This document shows positions 1-10,629 of a DNA stretch of 64,000 bases, one piece after another. Both the position numbers and the translations under genes were made by a program. Numbering within the stretch: position 1 is the stretch's first letter; each line of letters starts with the position of its first letter. The notes under the pieces were generated by a model, which searched no databases, was not told the origin of the DNA, and worked only from the letters and a program-made list of their open reading frames with translations. This stretch comes from an uncultured Desulfobacter sp. (GTDB taxonomy: Bacteria > Desulfobacterota > Desulfobacteria > Desulfobacterales > Desulfobacteraceae). The stretch spans positions 6,112,001-6,176,000 of the forward strand of contig OY762069.1 of the NCBI GenBank assembly GCA_963665095.1, given 5' to 3'.

Positions 1-57
1 CAGTCTGCCTGATATAACTGATCCGTCTTCCTTTTCATATATTTACAGATATCGGAG

Positions 58-1182
58 ATGCAGATGGGAATTTCTAAATTTAAATTATATGAATTCATAA
101 AATTGACACCGTTCTTTCGGTATAGGGAGTATGAGCTGAAGGACCGTCTATCTGTAATTTTTCTATTAACCGGTTTTATATGTTCCGGAATTGCCTTTAT
201 TCTGACTTTGATTTTTCAGATGCCGTTTTGGATGAATTCATTCAACCTGACATGTATGTTAATATGTCTGTTATTGCCTATGATATTGTATGACAGGCTA
301 TTTCAATCCACTATCTTTGTCCTGCTGTTTGTTGCTGTTATCTATTTCCCGTTTATGTTTTTTACGAATGCAGGCAACTATGGCAGCGCACCCATCTATT
401 TTGTTATGATTATGGTCTATTTTGCCTTTTATTTAAAAGGCATCTGGTTTTTCATCACGTTCTCAGTACTGCTCACTTACTATATCATTATTATGATTTA
501 CGGATATATACACCCCGAACTGGTAATTCCATATCCTGATGCAATGTCGGGGTTGATTGATTTATGTGCGAGTGTCATTGCTGTTTCTATTGTCATGTCG
601 ATTATCGCCGGGACTACTTTTTCAAGTTATAATAAGGAAAGGGATCACGTTATCTCCCTTATGGATGAATTGGAGTACAAAAACAAGGAGCTGGAGCTGT
701 TGGCAATCAAAGATCAGCTTACCGGTGTATTTAACCGGAGACACTTCTCCAAAGTTCTTGAAGAGGAATTAATACTGGCTGAAAAAGAACAAAAATCTTT
801 TTATTTACTGATGATTGATATCGACTATTTTAAAAAGATCAATGACACTTATGGCCATTTATACGGTGACGAAATCCTGAAGCTTGTAGCAAACTGTATT
901 AAAGATTCCATCAGAAACCATGACGTCCTTGCCAGATTCGGCGGGGAGGAATTTATCGTCCTGTTATCTAAGGCTGAGAACGCGGACGGATACCAGCTCG
1001 CTGAAAGAATAAGGGAAAAAGTCAGTCAGATTGAATACAGGAACGAGCGTCAGGTAACCGTAAGCATCGGCATCACAAAATACATGAAAGGTGACAGAAC
1101 TGTTGATATTATCAAAAGGGCCGATGATCTGTTATACGCCGCTAAGGAAAATGGAAGAAATCGAGTGGAGAGTAATCTATAG
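58..1182 (+). CDS. Membrane-bound diguanylate cyclase (GGDEF domain)
   Basis: Hydrophobic N-terminal half (~6 TM). C-terminal domain has D.LTG..NRR, DIDYFKKIND.YGH..GD, an RxxD I-site (RNHD) and ARFGGEEF. Confidence 0.93.
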   Translation: MQMGISKFKLYEFIKLTPFFRYREYELKDRLSVIFLLTGFICSGIAFILTLIFQMPFWMNSFNLTCMLICLLLPMILYDRLFQSTIFVLLFVAVIYFPFMFFTNAGNYGSAPIYFVMIMVYFAFYLKGIWFFITFSVLLTYYIIIMIYGYIHPELVIPYPDAMSGLIDLCASVIAVSIVMSIIAGTTFSSYNKERDHVISLMDELEYKNKELELLAIKDQLTGVFNRRHFSKVLEEELILAEKEQKSFYLLMIDIDYFKKINDTYGHLYGDEILKLVANCIKDSIRNHDVLARFGGEEFIVLLSKAENADGYQLAERIREKVSQIEYRNERQVTVSIGITKYMKGDRTVDIIKRADDLLYAAKENGRNRVESNL

Positions 1183-1191
1183 CCATAGCGG

Positions 1192-1752
1192 TTATACCTC
1201 ATTGATGAAGTTATACATCAGTATATCATCTATATATGTCCCCTTTGACAATTGATACTCACGCAGGCGGCGACCTTCCTCTTTGAATCCCACTTTTTTA
1301 TACAATTGCAACGCTGGAACATTAGTACTGAACACGGCCAGTGTAACTTTCTCAATCAAAGGATTTCCACGGGCCCATTCAAGCAATGTTGTTAAAAGCG
1401 CCATGCCTACTCCTCGCTGCCTCCATTTTGCATGTACTGACATCCCAAATCTTCCCACGTGTTGATTTCTTTCTCTTTGGTAATTTTGAAAATCAAGCAG
1501 GCCAATTATTTTTTCTTCGTATGCTGCAATGAGAAGAAGGTGGCATGGGTGTTCATGATGACCTTTAATCCAATTGGCCCCTTGATCTTCGGTTAAGTTA
1601 TATTCATGCGCTTGAGTTACTGACCAGTCTGAGTCAATCAACACTTTCCTGGTATAGATGCGTAGTCGTTCAGCATCTGTATTTACAGCCGTACGAATAA
1701 CGATGTCTAAGCCGTTTTTATCAGTGATAATTTTAGAATTGACCTGGGCCAT
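1192..1752 (-). CDS. GNAT family N-acetyltransferase (RimJ/YhhY-like)
   Basis: GMSV...RQRGVG acetyl-CoA motif, N.PA.QLY.K.GF..EG C-terminal motif. Confidence 0.9.
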   Translation of the reverse strand: MAQVNSKIITDKNGLDIVIRTAVNTDAERLRIYTRKVLIDSDWSVTQAHEYNLTEDQGANWIKGHHEHPCHLLLIAAYEEKIIGLLDFQNYQRERNQHVGRFGMSVHAKWRQRGVGMALLTTLLEWARGNPLIEKVTLAVFSTNVPALQLYKKVGFKEEGRRLREYQLSKGTYIDDILMYNFINEV

Positions 1753-1917
1753 TATAAAACCATTTTCTATTCAATATTTTTCATAACAGTATTACAGCGA
1801 TCAATTAATCCTTTGTACATCGTATTACTATCCTTTTTCAGACTTTGCAAAGATTTCTTCACAAGCCTGATGCCTGCTGTCGGGAGTGCATTTCTTATCC
1901 TGGCATTAGGCCCGCAG

Positions 1918-3237
1918 TTAAAACTGATGTCCCACTTCCCGGGCCTCCTTTTTGAGCTGGTCCCGGAAATCAGGGTGGGCAATGGCGATCATGGATTCAA
2001 TACGCTGGGCAAGGCTTTTGTTTTTCAGGTCGGCAATGCCATATTCGGTTACAATATAGTGGACATCGGAACGCGGCGTTGTAACGACTGAGCCTAAAGG
2101 AAGGCCTGTGGTGATTTTTGAGACCAGGCCTTTTTTTGTTTCAACGGTTGACGATAATGCGATAAAGGATCTTCCCCCTTTGGAGATCCCGGCACCCCGG
2201 ACAAAGTCCACCTGGCCGCCGGTGGAACTCAGCTGCTGAAAGCCCAAGGATTCAGAGCATACCTGGCCGGTGATATCCGCGCAGAGCGCTGAATTAATGG
2301 AGACCATGTTGTCGTTGGCCCCGATGATGTACGGGTTGTTGATATACTCCACCGGGCGTTTGTCACACATGGCGTTGTGGTCCAGAAAATCGTACATGTC
2401 CCGGCTTCCTGCGGCAAAGGAGAAGACAATTTTCCTGGGATGCAGGGTCTTTTTATGCCCGGTGATCACCCCTATTTTTGCCAGATGAACAACGGAGTCC
2501 ACCAGCATCTCACTGTGAACGCCTAAATCATTGCGGTCTTCCAGGGAGTAGGCAACGGCATTGCCCATGCCGCCGATACCTATCTGAAGGGTATCTCCGT
2601 CTTTTACATGGGGAACAATATGGGCGGCGATCTGTTTGTCGGTTTCCGTTACCGGAGGATTGGGCAGGATGGGGATGTCGTAATCTGCTTCACATATCGC
2701 ATCCACCTCACTGATATGCAGAGTGTTGCACTCACCGTGGACATACGGGGTGTTTTTGTTGATCTGGACAATGATTCGGGTGGCGGTTTTCATGCCTGCG
2801 ATAATCCCTAAAGAAGAGGGTCCCAGATTCATATTGCCGTCTTTATCGGGCGGGGTGCAGGTGGCAAACAGGATACCTGGTTTGAACTGCTCCTGGATGG
2901 TACTGCCCAGCTGGCTTAAATGCATGGAAAAGATATCAATGTTGCCCTGGTTGTAAAATTTTCGTTCCATGGGACCCAGATATCCGCAATGGTTCCGGAT
3001 AATCCCTTTAAACTCCCCTTTCATATAATCAAAGGGCTGCAGCATCAGGCCGCCGTAGAGGTGGACATCTTCAAGCTCCTCCTTTCTGGCGCACAGGGCA
3101 TTGACTAAATGGATGGGCGTATCGGTGACATGGGAAGACCAGATCGTGTCTCCCGATTGAATCATTTTCACTGCATTTTCAGGGGTGGTCAGTTTTTTCT
3201 GATACTCATTCTGCCATGTCATTTGCTGTTCCTCCAT
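1918..3237 (-). CDS. Acetyl-CoA hydrolase/CoA-transferase family protein (4-hydroxybutyrate CoA-transferase-like)
   Basis: TLQIGIGG, LGVHSEM with catalytic Glu, STGGQVDFVRGA, VTEYGIADL, IAHPDFR motifs. Confidence 0.9.
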   Translation of the reverse strand: MEEQQMTWQNEYQKKLTTPENAVKMIQSGDTIWSSHVTDTPIHLVNALCARKEELEDVHLYGGLMLQPFDYMKGEFKGIIRNHCGYLGPMERKFYNQGNIDIFSMHLSQLGSTIQEQFKPGILFATCTPPDKDGNMNLGPSSLGIIAGMKTATRIIVQINKNTPYVHGECNTLHISEVDAICEADYDIPILPNPPVTETDKQIAAHIVPHVKDGDTLQIGIGGMGNAVAYSLEDRNDLGVHSEMLVDSVVHLAKIGVITGHKKTLHPRKIVFSFAAGSRDMYDFLDHNAMCDKRPVEYINNPYIIGANDNMVSINSALCADITGQVCSESLGFQQLSSTGGQVDFVRGAGISKGGRSFIALSSTVETKKGLVSKITTGLPLGSVVTTPRSDVHYIVTEYGIADLKNKSLAQRIESMIAIAHPDFRDQLKKEAREVGHQF

Positions 3238-3475
3238 GTCTGTGAGTCTTCTTTTAAGCCGGTAAGAATCCGGCGCTTCTTGTTTCTGTGTGTATAAATG
3301 AGGGACGTATTTCTTGTCAATAAAAATTATACTACAGTACTAAAATATATTTGACACCTAAAATAAATTATAATACAGAAAAAGCGGGTCCCTTAAGCCG
3401 GCACGGGCCTGAGCTGACGAGAACTGCCGGATAACAACCTAAAGGTAAGTCGATTCAGAAAAAGGAGTTGGAGAA

Positions 3476-4861
3476 ATGGAACAAAGTTTTATGCCCTACA
3501 TTGGTAGCTTTTTTTGGATGTCGGCACTGCTTCTGATCGGAGCGCTGCTGCGTGCAAAGGTAAGTCTTTTTCAGAAATTTCTTTTCCCGTCCGCCATCAT
3601 TGCCGGCTTTATCGGCTTCATCCTCATGAGTCTGGGATGGGTGGGAATGCCCATCGCCGGCAAATGGACGGGCATTCCCCAGGAGACATTTACGATGATC
3701 ACCACCCATCTGTTTGCCTTCGGGTTTGTGGGCATCGGGCTGATGAGCGGTGACAGCGGCCAGAAAGGAAACGGCAAACAGATCCTGAAGGGCGCGTTGT
3801 GGATGACCTTTCTGTTTCTGGGCATGCTTTATCTGCAGTCCATCATCGGCGTCGTCGTGATGATGGGGTGGGAAAAGGTCACAGGGCAGGGGCTTACGAC
3901 GGCTGTTGGCTTCCTGGCCGGCCACGGATTCACCCAGGGACCGGGACAGACCCTGGCCATTGCAGGCGGATGGGAGAAAATGGGGCTGCCGGACTGCGTC
4001 AGCATCGGTCTTGCCTTCTCCGCCATGGGCTTTTTCGCCGCAGCTCTGGTGGGGGTTCCCATTGCCAACTGGGGCATCAGAAAAGGGTTTACCACCCATA
4101 AAAACCAGACCCTGTCCGATGATTTTCTTGCTGGCATGGAACCAAAGGACACCAACAAGCCCGGTACCTATAACATAACCCACAGCAGTAATGTGGATTC
4201 GCTCTCATTTCATCTGGCCATCATGGGCTTTGTCTACCTGCTCGGTTTCGGCTTAAGCTATGTGCTTCGTTACTATCTTTTCCCCAAATCATTGTGGGGT
4301 GCCACCTTTGGCTTTATCTTCGCCTGGGGTCTGATCATGGCCATTGTTTTCAGAAAGGTGCTTAATAAGTTCGGCGGCGCCAGCCTGATCGACGAAGACA
4401 CGCTGAGACGTCTGACAGGGGTCACGGTGGATTTCATGATTATCTCGGTCATGATGGCGGTAAAAGTAACCACCCTGCAGAAGTATCTGGTTCCCTTCCT
4501 TATCATCACCGTTATTTTAAGCATCATCACCCCGGTCATTATCATTTTTCTGGGGCGTCGCGTGGGAAAATTCGGATTTGAAAGAAGCCTGGTCATGCTG
4601 GGATACTGCACCGGCACCGGTGCCAGCGGGCTTTTACTGCTGCGCCTGGTGGACCCTGATTTCAAGACCACAGCCGCCGTTGAAACCGGTCTGATGAACC
4701 TGTTTGCCCTGCTCACCCTGCCTTTGATTTTCATTATCTTTCTCATGCCCCAGTATGGATTGATGTATCTGTTGAAAATTGAAGCGGCCTTTGGCGTAGG
4801 CATGTTTGTCATCATATTTGTTCTGCATAAACTTAAGTATTTTGGTCCCAAACAGTATTAA
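3476..4861 (+). CDS. Sodium:glutamate symporter (GltS/ESS) family transporter
   Basis: About 12 TM helices. P.AIIAG, GF.QGPGQ..A and G..TGT.A.GL.LLR.VDP re-entrant loop motifs. GGAG RBS upstream. Confidence 0.82.
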   Translation: MEQSFMPYIGSFFWMSALLLIGALLRAKVSLFQKFLFPSAIIAGFIGFILMSLGWVGMPIAGKWTGIPQETFTMITTHLFAFGFVGIGLMSGDSGQKGNGKQILKGALWMTFLFLGMLYLQSIIGVVVMMGWEKVTGQGLTTAVGFLAGHGFTQGPGQTLAIAGGWEKMGLPDCVSIGLAFSAMGFFAAALVGVPIANWGIRKGFTTHKNQTLSDDFLAGMEPKDTNKPGTYNITHSSNVDSLSFHLAIMGFVYLLGFGLSYVLRYYLFPKSLWGATFGFIFAWGLIMAIVFRKVLNKFGGASLIDEDTLRRLTGVTVDFMIISVMMAVKVTTLQKYLVPFLIITVILSIITPVIIIFLGRRVGKFGFERSLVMLGYCTGTGASGLLLLRLVDPDFKTTAAVETGLMNLFALLTLPLIFIIFLMPQYGLMYLLKIEAAFGVGMFVIIFVLHKLKYFGPKQY

Positions 4862-4883
4862 CTTATAAGTATCAGATTTTAAA

Positions 4884-6497
4884 ATGAAAAAAGTAATTTA
4901 TACCAACGCTTCCGTGGTTACCATGGATGAGGAAACTGGTGATGCACGGGCCTTCGGGGTTTTGGGAGACCGGTTTGCCGTAGTCGGCAGTGTTGATCAG
5001 GTAACGGCCTGGGCCGGACCGGGAACCGAAACCGTTGATCTTGGCGGGGCAACTGTCCTGCCGGGATTTATTGAAACCCATAACCATCTGTCCACATACA
5101 GCATTCGTCTGGACCATGTGGACTGTTCGACACCGCCCAACAGCCGGATCGACCAGGTGCTTGAACACCTGAAAGAAGCGGGACGCAAAATTCCTGAGGG
5201 GGGATGGGTATTTGGCTGGGGATTTGATGACAGCCTGATTGATGACAACCGCCATCTCACCCGGGATGATCTTGACGCCATCCTGCCCCATCATTTTGTG
5301 TTTATCACCCACACCAGCGGCCATTTGGCATATGTCAATTCTATGCTGCTGGAGAAACTGCAAATAAATGACACTACCCCTGATCCCGTTGGCGGAGAGA
5401 TTCATCGCGATGCAAATGCCCGGCCAACCGGCCTTCTCAAGGAGATGGCCATTTATCCGGTCATGGCGTTGATTCCCACGCCCGGGAAAGAGGAGATCAA
5501 GGCATTGCTGGAAAAGGGCGTGGCCCACGCCAACCAGAACGGCGTCACCAGTGTCCATGATGCCGCCATCGGTGCAGAGGGCTGCGGCACCACAGTGGTG
5601 AGCGCCTACCTGGAGCTGGCCCGGGAAAACCGGCTGAACCTGCGGGCATACCTCACGCTGTTGAGTTCCTTGTTTGATCAGTACCACGATCTTGGCATGG
5701 CCACGGGGTTCGGCAGTGACATGGTCCGGCTCGGGTCGGTAAAGCTTTTGCAGGACGGTTCCATCCAGGGCCACACCGGATGGCTCAGCTCTCCCTACCA
5801 CGACATGCAGGATTCCGGATTTTCCGGCAATCCCATCATGCCCCAGGAAGACCTGGATGCCCTTGTGGCAAAGTATCACAGGGCAGGGCTTCAGGTGGCC
5901 ATCCACGGCAATGGGGATGCCGCCATTGAATCCATTATCCTGGCTGTTGAACGGGCACAAAAGCAATATGCCAGAAAAGATCCCCGCCATCTGCTGATTC
6001 ATTGCCAGACCGTGCGGGAGGATCAGCTCCCCCGCATGCTGGCCTGCGGTCTTTTGCCCAGCTTTTTTGTCCAGCATGTCTATTACTGGGGGGATCGCCA
6101 CCTTAATATTTTCTTAGGGCCAGACCGGGCGGCAAGAATCAGCCCCCTTGCCTCGGCTTTAAAAGCCGGCCTTGTTTTTACCCTGCATTCAGACCTGCCC
6201 ATTACCCCCATTGACCCCTTGCATTCCATTCACACTGCCGTGAACCGGACAACGCGGAAGGGCAAAGTTCTGGGCAAAGAGCAACGGGTATCTGCTCTGG
6301 ATGCGCTCAAGGCCTATACCACCTGGGCAGCCATGGCAGGGTTTGAGGAAAACATCAAAGGGTCCATCACCCCGGGCAAGCTTGCGGACTGGATTGTGGT
6401 GTCTGACAATCCGCTAACCATATCACCTGAAAAAATAGAGAAGATACGCGTACTTGAAACTGTTGTTGGCGGGAAAACGGTTTATGCGGGCGCATAA
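4884..6497 (+). CDS. Amidohydrolase, YtcJ-like (Amidohydro_3)
   Basis: DLGG..VLPGFIETHNH, SGH...NS, K...DGS, HGNGD.AI, HCQ, HSD.P, GSI.PGKLAD. Confidence 0.92.
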   Translation: MKKVIYTNASVVTMDEETGDARAFGVLGDRFAVVGSVDQVTAWAGPGTETVDLGGATVLPGFIETHNHLSTYSIRLDHVDCSTPPNSRIDQVLEHLKEAGRKIPEGGWVFGWGFDDSLIDDNRHLTRDDLDAILPHHFVFITHTSGHLAYVNSMLLEKLQINDTTPDPVGGEIHRDANARPTGLLKEMAIYPVMALIPTPGKEEIKALLEKGVAHANQNGVTSVHDAAIGAEGCGTTVVSAYLELARENRLNLRAYLTLLSSLFDQYHDLGMATGFGSDMVRLGSVKLLQDGSIQGHTGWLSSPYHDMQDSGFSGNPIMPQEDLDALVAKYHRAGLQVAIHGNGDAAIESIILAVERAQKQYARKDPRHLLIHCQTVREDQLPRMLACGLLPSFFVQHVYYWGDRHLNIFLGPDRAARISPLASALKAGLVFTLHSDLPITPIDPLHSIHTAVNRTTRKGKVLGKEQRVSALDALKAYTTWAAMAGFEENIKGSITPGKLADWIVVSDNPLTISPEKIEKIRVLETVVGGKTVYAGA

Positions 6498-6661
6498 GCC
6501 GTTAAGTTTTCCCATTTGTATTAAATGCAGAAAATTTATGCAGGAGGATTTTACGATTAAATATTCTTGAACGAAATTTGGCAGATTCGGATCTGCCGGA
6601 ACAGCGCCGTGACAAAATCCGGCGTTAACTAACCGTACTTAATGAAGAGGGAGAGATAAAG

Positions 6662-7924
6662 ATGAAGCTGAAAGCTGGTTTGTGTTGGAAAAGTGCGATC
6701 TGCCTATGTATTTGGATGTTGACGATCTCAAGTACCGGTTACAGCATGGAGTTCCTTAAAGATATGTCCTTTCAGGGCACTATCCGGACCACCTATGAGT
6801 ATAATGATATACCTGCCGTTAATTTTGACACGGGGGAGACCGATTTCAGGTCCTGGGAAGAGAGAAACGGGACCTTTGATTTTACCATGTTTGCCGCAGG
6901 GTTTAAGGGAGATTTTGAGAATGGAACCTTTGTGGATGCGCAATATGCCTTCATGCGCAAAACCCAGTTTATCCAGAAGGCGGAATTTGGTTATAAATTT
7001 AACAAACGCAACCGGGTGATCATTGGCAATACCGCGGTTCCCTTTGGTATTGAACCCTATGACTTCCATAATATCGGTTGTAACATCAACCGTCTGCTCG
7101 GTTTCAGTCTTGACCGGGATACCGGTATCAAATATCAGTATGAATATGGCCAGTGGGCATTCCAGACAGCGTTTTTTAAAACGGCCGATTATAAGCGTCC
7201 CGATAACAGGAACCGCTGGACCTATGACGTTGCAACCATGACCCGGTACGACTCCCTGGCTGCATATTATTTCCCCGGAGGGACCAACTCCTACAACTCT
7301 TACGGTTCTGAAAACAACGAAGAGAGCAACCAGTTCAACCTCAAGGCCACCTATACCTTAAAGCACGGCCAGTACAGCCGCACCGAGTTCGGCCTGTACG
7401 GCCAGTGGGGGCAGATCTATAACAGCGCCACCAGCAAAAACGGTGATGCCTGGGCCTGTGGTGCCCATGTGGACGGCAACTGGGGCAGATGGAACCTTCA
7501 GCTGGAGGCCATGACCTATGAGTACAACCCGGAAGATCCAGACGGCGTGGACCGGGATGTTATCCTTATGCAGGGCGTGCTCGATGCGTTCTACATCGCT
7601 TCAAAAGCCAGCCTGTTCACTGCAAACATAGCCTATACCCTGCCGGTGAACTTCGGCCCCGTCACCCATATTAACTTTCACAATGACTATAACATAATGG
7701 TGAAAGCGGAAAATGACTGGCCTGATTCCCACTACAATGCCACGGGCATGCTGTTCATTGCCGGCAGATTCAGGCTTTTTGTGGACCTGATTCTGCAGAA
7801 GAACGTCTGTATGGCCGGCGGCGGCATTGACGGCCTTGCCGGTGCCCGTTATGATAATCCCTATATGCCGGGGTCAAGTGACTGGACCACCACCTTTAAG
7901 ATGGATCTTGGATTTTACTTTTAG
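6662..7924 (+). CDS. Putative outer-membrane beta-barrel/porin-like protein
   Basis: Signal peptide, aromatic/Gly-rich amphipathic strands, VPFGI motif and C-terminal LGFYF (BamA-type terminal Phe). Confidence 0.65.
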   Translation: MKLKAGLCWKSAICLCIWMLTISSTGYSMEFLKDMSFQGTIRTTYEYNDIPAVNFDTGETDFRSWEERNGTFDFTMFAAGFKGDFENGTFVDAQYAFMRKTQFIQKAEFGYKFNKRNRVIIGNTAVPFGIEPYDFHNIGCNINRLLGFSLDRDTGIKYQYEYGQWAFQTAFFKTADYKRPDNRNRWTYDVATMTRYDSLAAYYFPGGTNSYNSYGSENNEESNQFNLKATYTLKHGQYSRTEFGLYGQWGQIYNSATSKNGDAWACGAHVDGNWGRWNLQLEAMTYEYNPEDPDGVDRDVILMQGVLDAFYIASKASLFTANIAYTLPVNFGPVTHINFHNDYNIMVKAENDWPDSHYNATGMLFIAGRFRLFVDLILQKNVCMAGGGIDGLAGARYDNPYMPGSSDWTTTFKMDLGFYF

Positions 7925-7958
7925 GAATTATTGAAAAAAATAAAAATGATGATAAGGG

Positions 7959-7999
7959 TTTGCACAGGGCGGAAAAGAGCCCGTCCTGTGCAAATTTTT
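7959..7999 (+). terminator. Rho-independent terminator
   Basis: TTTGCACAGG-GCGG...CCGT-CCTGTGCAAA stem followed by TTTTT, just after the porin-like gene. Confidence 0.8.
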
Positions 8000-8181
8000 A
8001 ACGTTTTCAGCATTAAGCTGCCCATTGAATTTATACCGTCATTTAGTTTGACACCCCACTTGATTTGACGTACGACCATGTAAACGGTCATGAACTATGT
8101 TCGGTCTTTTACCCTCAGGAGGTTGACCACAGGAATATATGCAAATAATTCAAAAATTTACCGGAAGTGTTTTATAGGCCA

Positions 8182-8871
8182 ATGAAATTTAGTGACATCC
8201 CGTTACGGGAACGAAACCGCTCAAAGACAAAGCTTGCCATATACAAAGCATGCATGGATTTATTAGGGGAAAAGTACCTGTCCCAGATTAATGTGGAAGA
8301 ACTGTGCGAGATGGTTGAGATTTCCAGAGGAAAGTTTTTCAGCCATTTCCCCAGAAAAGTGGACATCATCATTTATGCCATCCGGATCTGGAGTATTGAA
8401 TATGGCTGGCAGACCGCCCAGACCCCCTATGAGGAGCTGGGCATTGAATATATAAACAACTCCTTTCAATGGGCGGCCCAGAATATGCTGGAGCATCCGA
8501 TTTTCTGGACGGAACTGATGGCCTTAAGAGTCTTTGACCCGGAAACCATCAATCGTTTGAACCAGAATGAGATCTCCATTCTCACAAAGGAAGATAAACT
8601 ACTCATGTACCCGGACAAGCCGGGCATTGAAGAGATTCCCGAAGGCACCATCGTCACTGTTTTCAGGCAGAATCTGCAGATAGCGGTGGAAAAGCATGAG
8701 CTTCCCCAAGAGGTGGATATTGATGCCATCCTGGTTTCATTGACCAGCATCTTGTATGGCGTCCCCCTTATGGTGCGCGGTTATAAGGACTATGGGAAAC
8801 TGCCCCAGGGGTTTGAAAAACAGTTAAATATTCTCTGGGCCGGCCTTCGATCGGTTTATGCGGACAAGTAA
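8182..8871 (+). CDS. TetR/AcrR family transcriptional regulator
   Basis: N-terminal HTH (LRER...TK.AI...NVEELC..VEISRG.FFSHFP.K). ATG at 8182 preferred over the ORF-track GTG at 8167. Confidence 0.88.
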   Translation: MKFSDIPLRERNRSKTKLAIYKACMDLLGEKYLSQINVEELCEMVEISRGKFFSHFPRKVDIIIYAIRIWSIEYGWQTAQTPYEELGIEYINNSFQWAAQNMLEHPIFWTELMALRVFDPETINRLNQNEISILTKEDKLLMYPDKPGIEEIPEGTIVTVFRQNLQIAVEKHELPQEVDIDAILVSLTSILYGVPLMVRGYKDYGKLPQGFEKQLNILWAGLRSVYADK

Positions 8872-8901
8872 CCTTTAAAAGCTTCCTGCATCACGCATTC
8901 A

Positions 8902-10569
8902 ATGGAACAATACAGGCTGTATAGCCATGCATGGGACACGTCTATGAAAAAACAAAAAAGAAAAACAACCCTGTTTACCAATGGTTCTGTTTATATAAGA
9001 TCGGATTTTAAGGCTGAAAATCTCATGATCCAGGATGACAGGGTCGTGGGGTTCAATGTGAATGAATCCCTTTATAAAGATGCCGAAGTGGTGGATTTAA
9101 AGGGTGGTACGGCCTATCCGGGGTTTATGGATAACCACTCCCATCTTCTTGTATCAGCGGCGATTGCGCAGGTGGGTATTCAATTGAACGGGGCCGCATC
9201 CGCCCAAAAGATTGCAGATATATTAGCTGCCGAAGCCTCCCGGATTCCTGATGGCGTGCCCATATTCGGGCACGGGTTTGTGTTTGACGACTATGAAGCA
9301 TGGTCCCTCAAAGACCTGGCAATCCTTGATAACGCCACCGGCAGCCGGCCGGTCATGCTTTCGGACCAGTTGATCCACAGTTATATTGCCAATTCGACTG
9401 CCATGGAAATGAGCGGTGTTACCGGAGAAACGCCTAACCCGCCCGGGGGAAAAATTGTCCTGGAGAATGGACGCCCCACCGGGATGCTGCGGGAAAATGC
9501 CGGCTGTCTGGTGGGAAATATAGCTATTTTCCCTTTGTTCACCACTGAGATGATGCAAACCGGAACAGAGGAGATTTTAAATATCTGGGCGTCCAAGGGA
9601 TATACCTCGATTCTTGAAATGATGGGCGGTCCCGGGGGGCAGGTCCATAAACCGGATCTTTTCAGGCGGCTTGAAGCAGAAGGCCGCCTCCCGCTCCGGG
9701 TGAACTACACCTATACGGTGTATGATCTGGACGGTATTGACCAGGCCCTTGCCGACATTGGCAATGATACTGACATGGTGCGGTTTGCAGGATTAAAGCT
9801 CTTTGTGGACGGTGCTGCTGGAAACGGCGGGGCATGGACCTCCTGGGAGAATGCACTGGGGGAACACGGCATCTATGCCGTATCTGAGAACGACAGTTAC
9901 GGTGAGAAGTACAATATAAACAGGATCATCGAAAAAACCGACAGGTACGGGCTGGATATCAGGTACCACACCCATGGGGACCGGGCCATTGGCATCGTTC
10001 TGGATGCCATTGAGTCGGTCCTGGAGGAGAAGGGGCGCTTAAGCAGCGTTCATACCCTTTACCACTTGGGTTTTATTACAGACGATCAGATCCTGAGGAT
10101 GAAGAAGCTGGGCCGGCATGTAATCGCCGGGCTTCAGCCATCTCTTGGCTGGGAGTATTCAAAGGAGATCACCCCGAGGTTTTACGGAAATTATGCAAAG
10201 GGTTCCTACCCCTACCGAAAGATGGGGGATGCCGGGATCACACTGGGTATAGGAAGTGATTTCTGTTCAAACACCCTGGCACTCTCCGGGCCGACCATGC
10301 ATATGAAAGCCGCATTGACAGGCGCCGGAGATCCGGAGAACCACCCTGCGTTAACCATGAAAGAGATGATAGACGGTTTTACCGTAAGTAGTGCCGCCTC
10401 AACCTATCTTCGGGACGTGGGGCAACTGGACATTGGATATAAAGCCGACCTTGTCATATATGACAAAGACCTGTATGACGTGCCGGCCGAAGAACTGGAC
10501 GTTGAAAACCCCAAGGTTCTTTCCACCTGGATCAACGGTCGGAAAATATACGACGCGGCCGCAGGATGA
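8902..10569 (+). CDS. Amidohydrolase, YtcJ-like (second copy)
   Basis: DLKG..AYPGF.DNHSH, H...NS.A, G.PTG.LRE, KLFVDG, HTHGDRAI, GSD, G.KADLVI. Start may be the ATG at 8944. Confidence 0.88.
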   Translation: MEQYRLYSHAWDTSMKKQKRKTTLFTNGSVYIRSDFKAENLMIQDDRVVGFNVNESLYKDAEVVDLKGGTAYPGFMDNHSHLLVSAAIAQVGIQLNGAASAQKIADILAAEASRIPDGVPIFGHGFVFDDYEAWSLKDLAILDNATGSRPVMLSDQLIHSYIANSTAMEMSGVTGETPNPPGGKIVLENGRPTGMLRENAGCLVGNIAIFPLFTTEMMQTGTEEILNIWASKGYTSILEMMGGPGGQVHKPDLFRRLEAEGRLPLRVNYTYTVYDLDGIDQALADIGNDTDMVRFAGLKLFVDGAAGNGGAWTSWENALGEHGIYAVSENDSYGEKYNINRIIEKTDRYGLDIRYHTHGDRAIGIVLDAIESVLEEKGRLSSVHTLYHLGFITDDQILRMKKLGRHVIAGLQPSLGWEYSKEITPRFYGNYAKGSYPYRKMGDAGITLGIGSDFCSNTLALSGPTMHMKAALTGAGDPENHPALTMKEMIDGFTVSSAASTYLRDVGQLDIGYKADLVIYDKDLYDVPAEELDVENPKVLSTWINGRKIYDAAAG

Positions 10570-10629
10570 TCTTGTGGCCTGGGTTTTTAGCTATCCCCGA
10601 ACTATTCTATATAATTTCTAACGAACCCT

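Noticed and set aside
3351..3374. Perfect TTGACA and TATAAT hexamers upstream of the symporter
   Set aside because: The spacer is only 12 nt, so they cannot form one sigma70 promoter.
3455..6101. Long antisense ORFs (3455-4183, 4273-4851, 4872-6101) and similar shadow ORFs elsewhere, such as 47988-48689, 50201-51101 and 58928-59611
   Set aside because: They lie opposite well-supported genes and contain no recognisable motifs.
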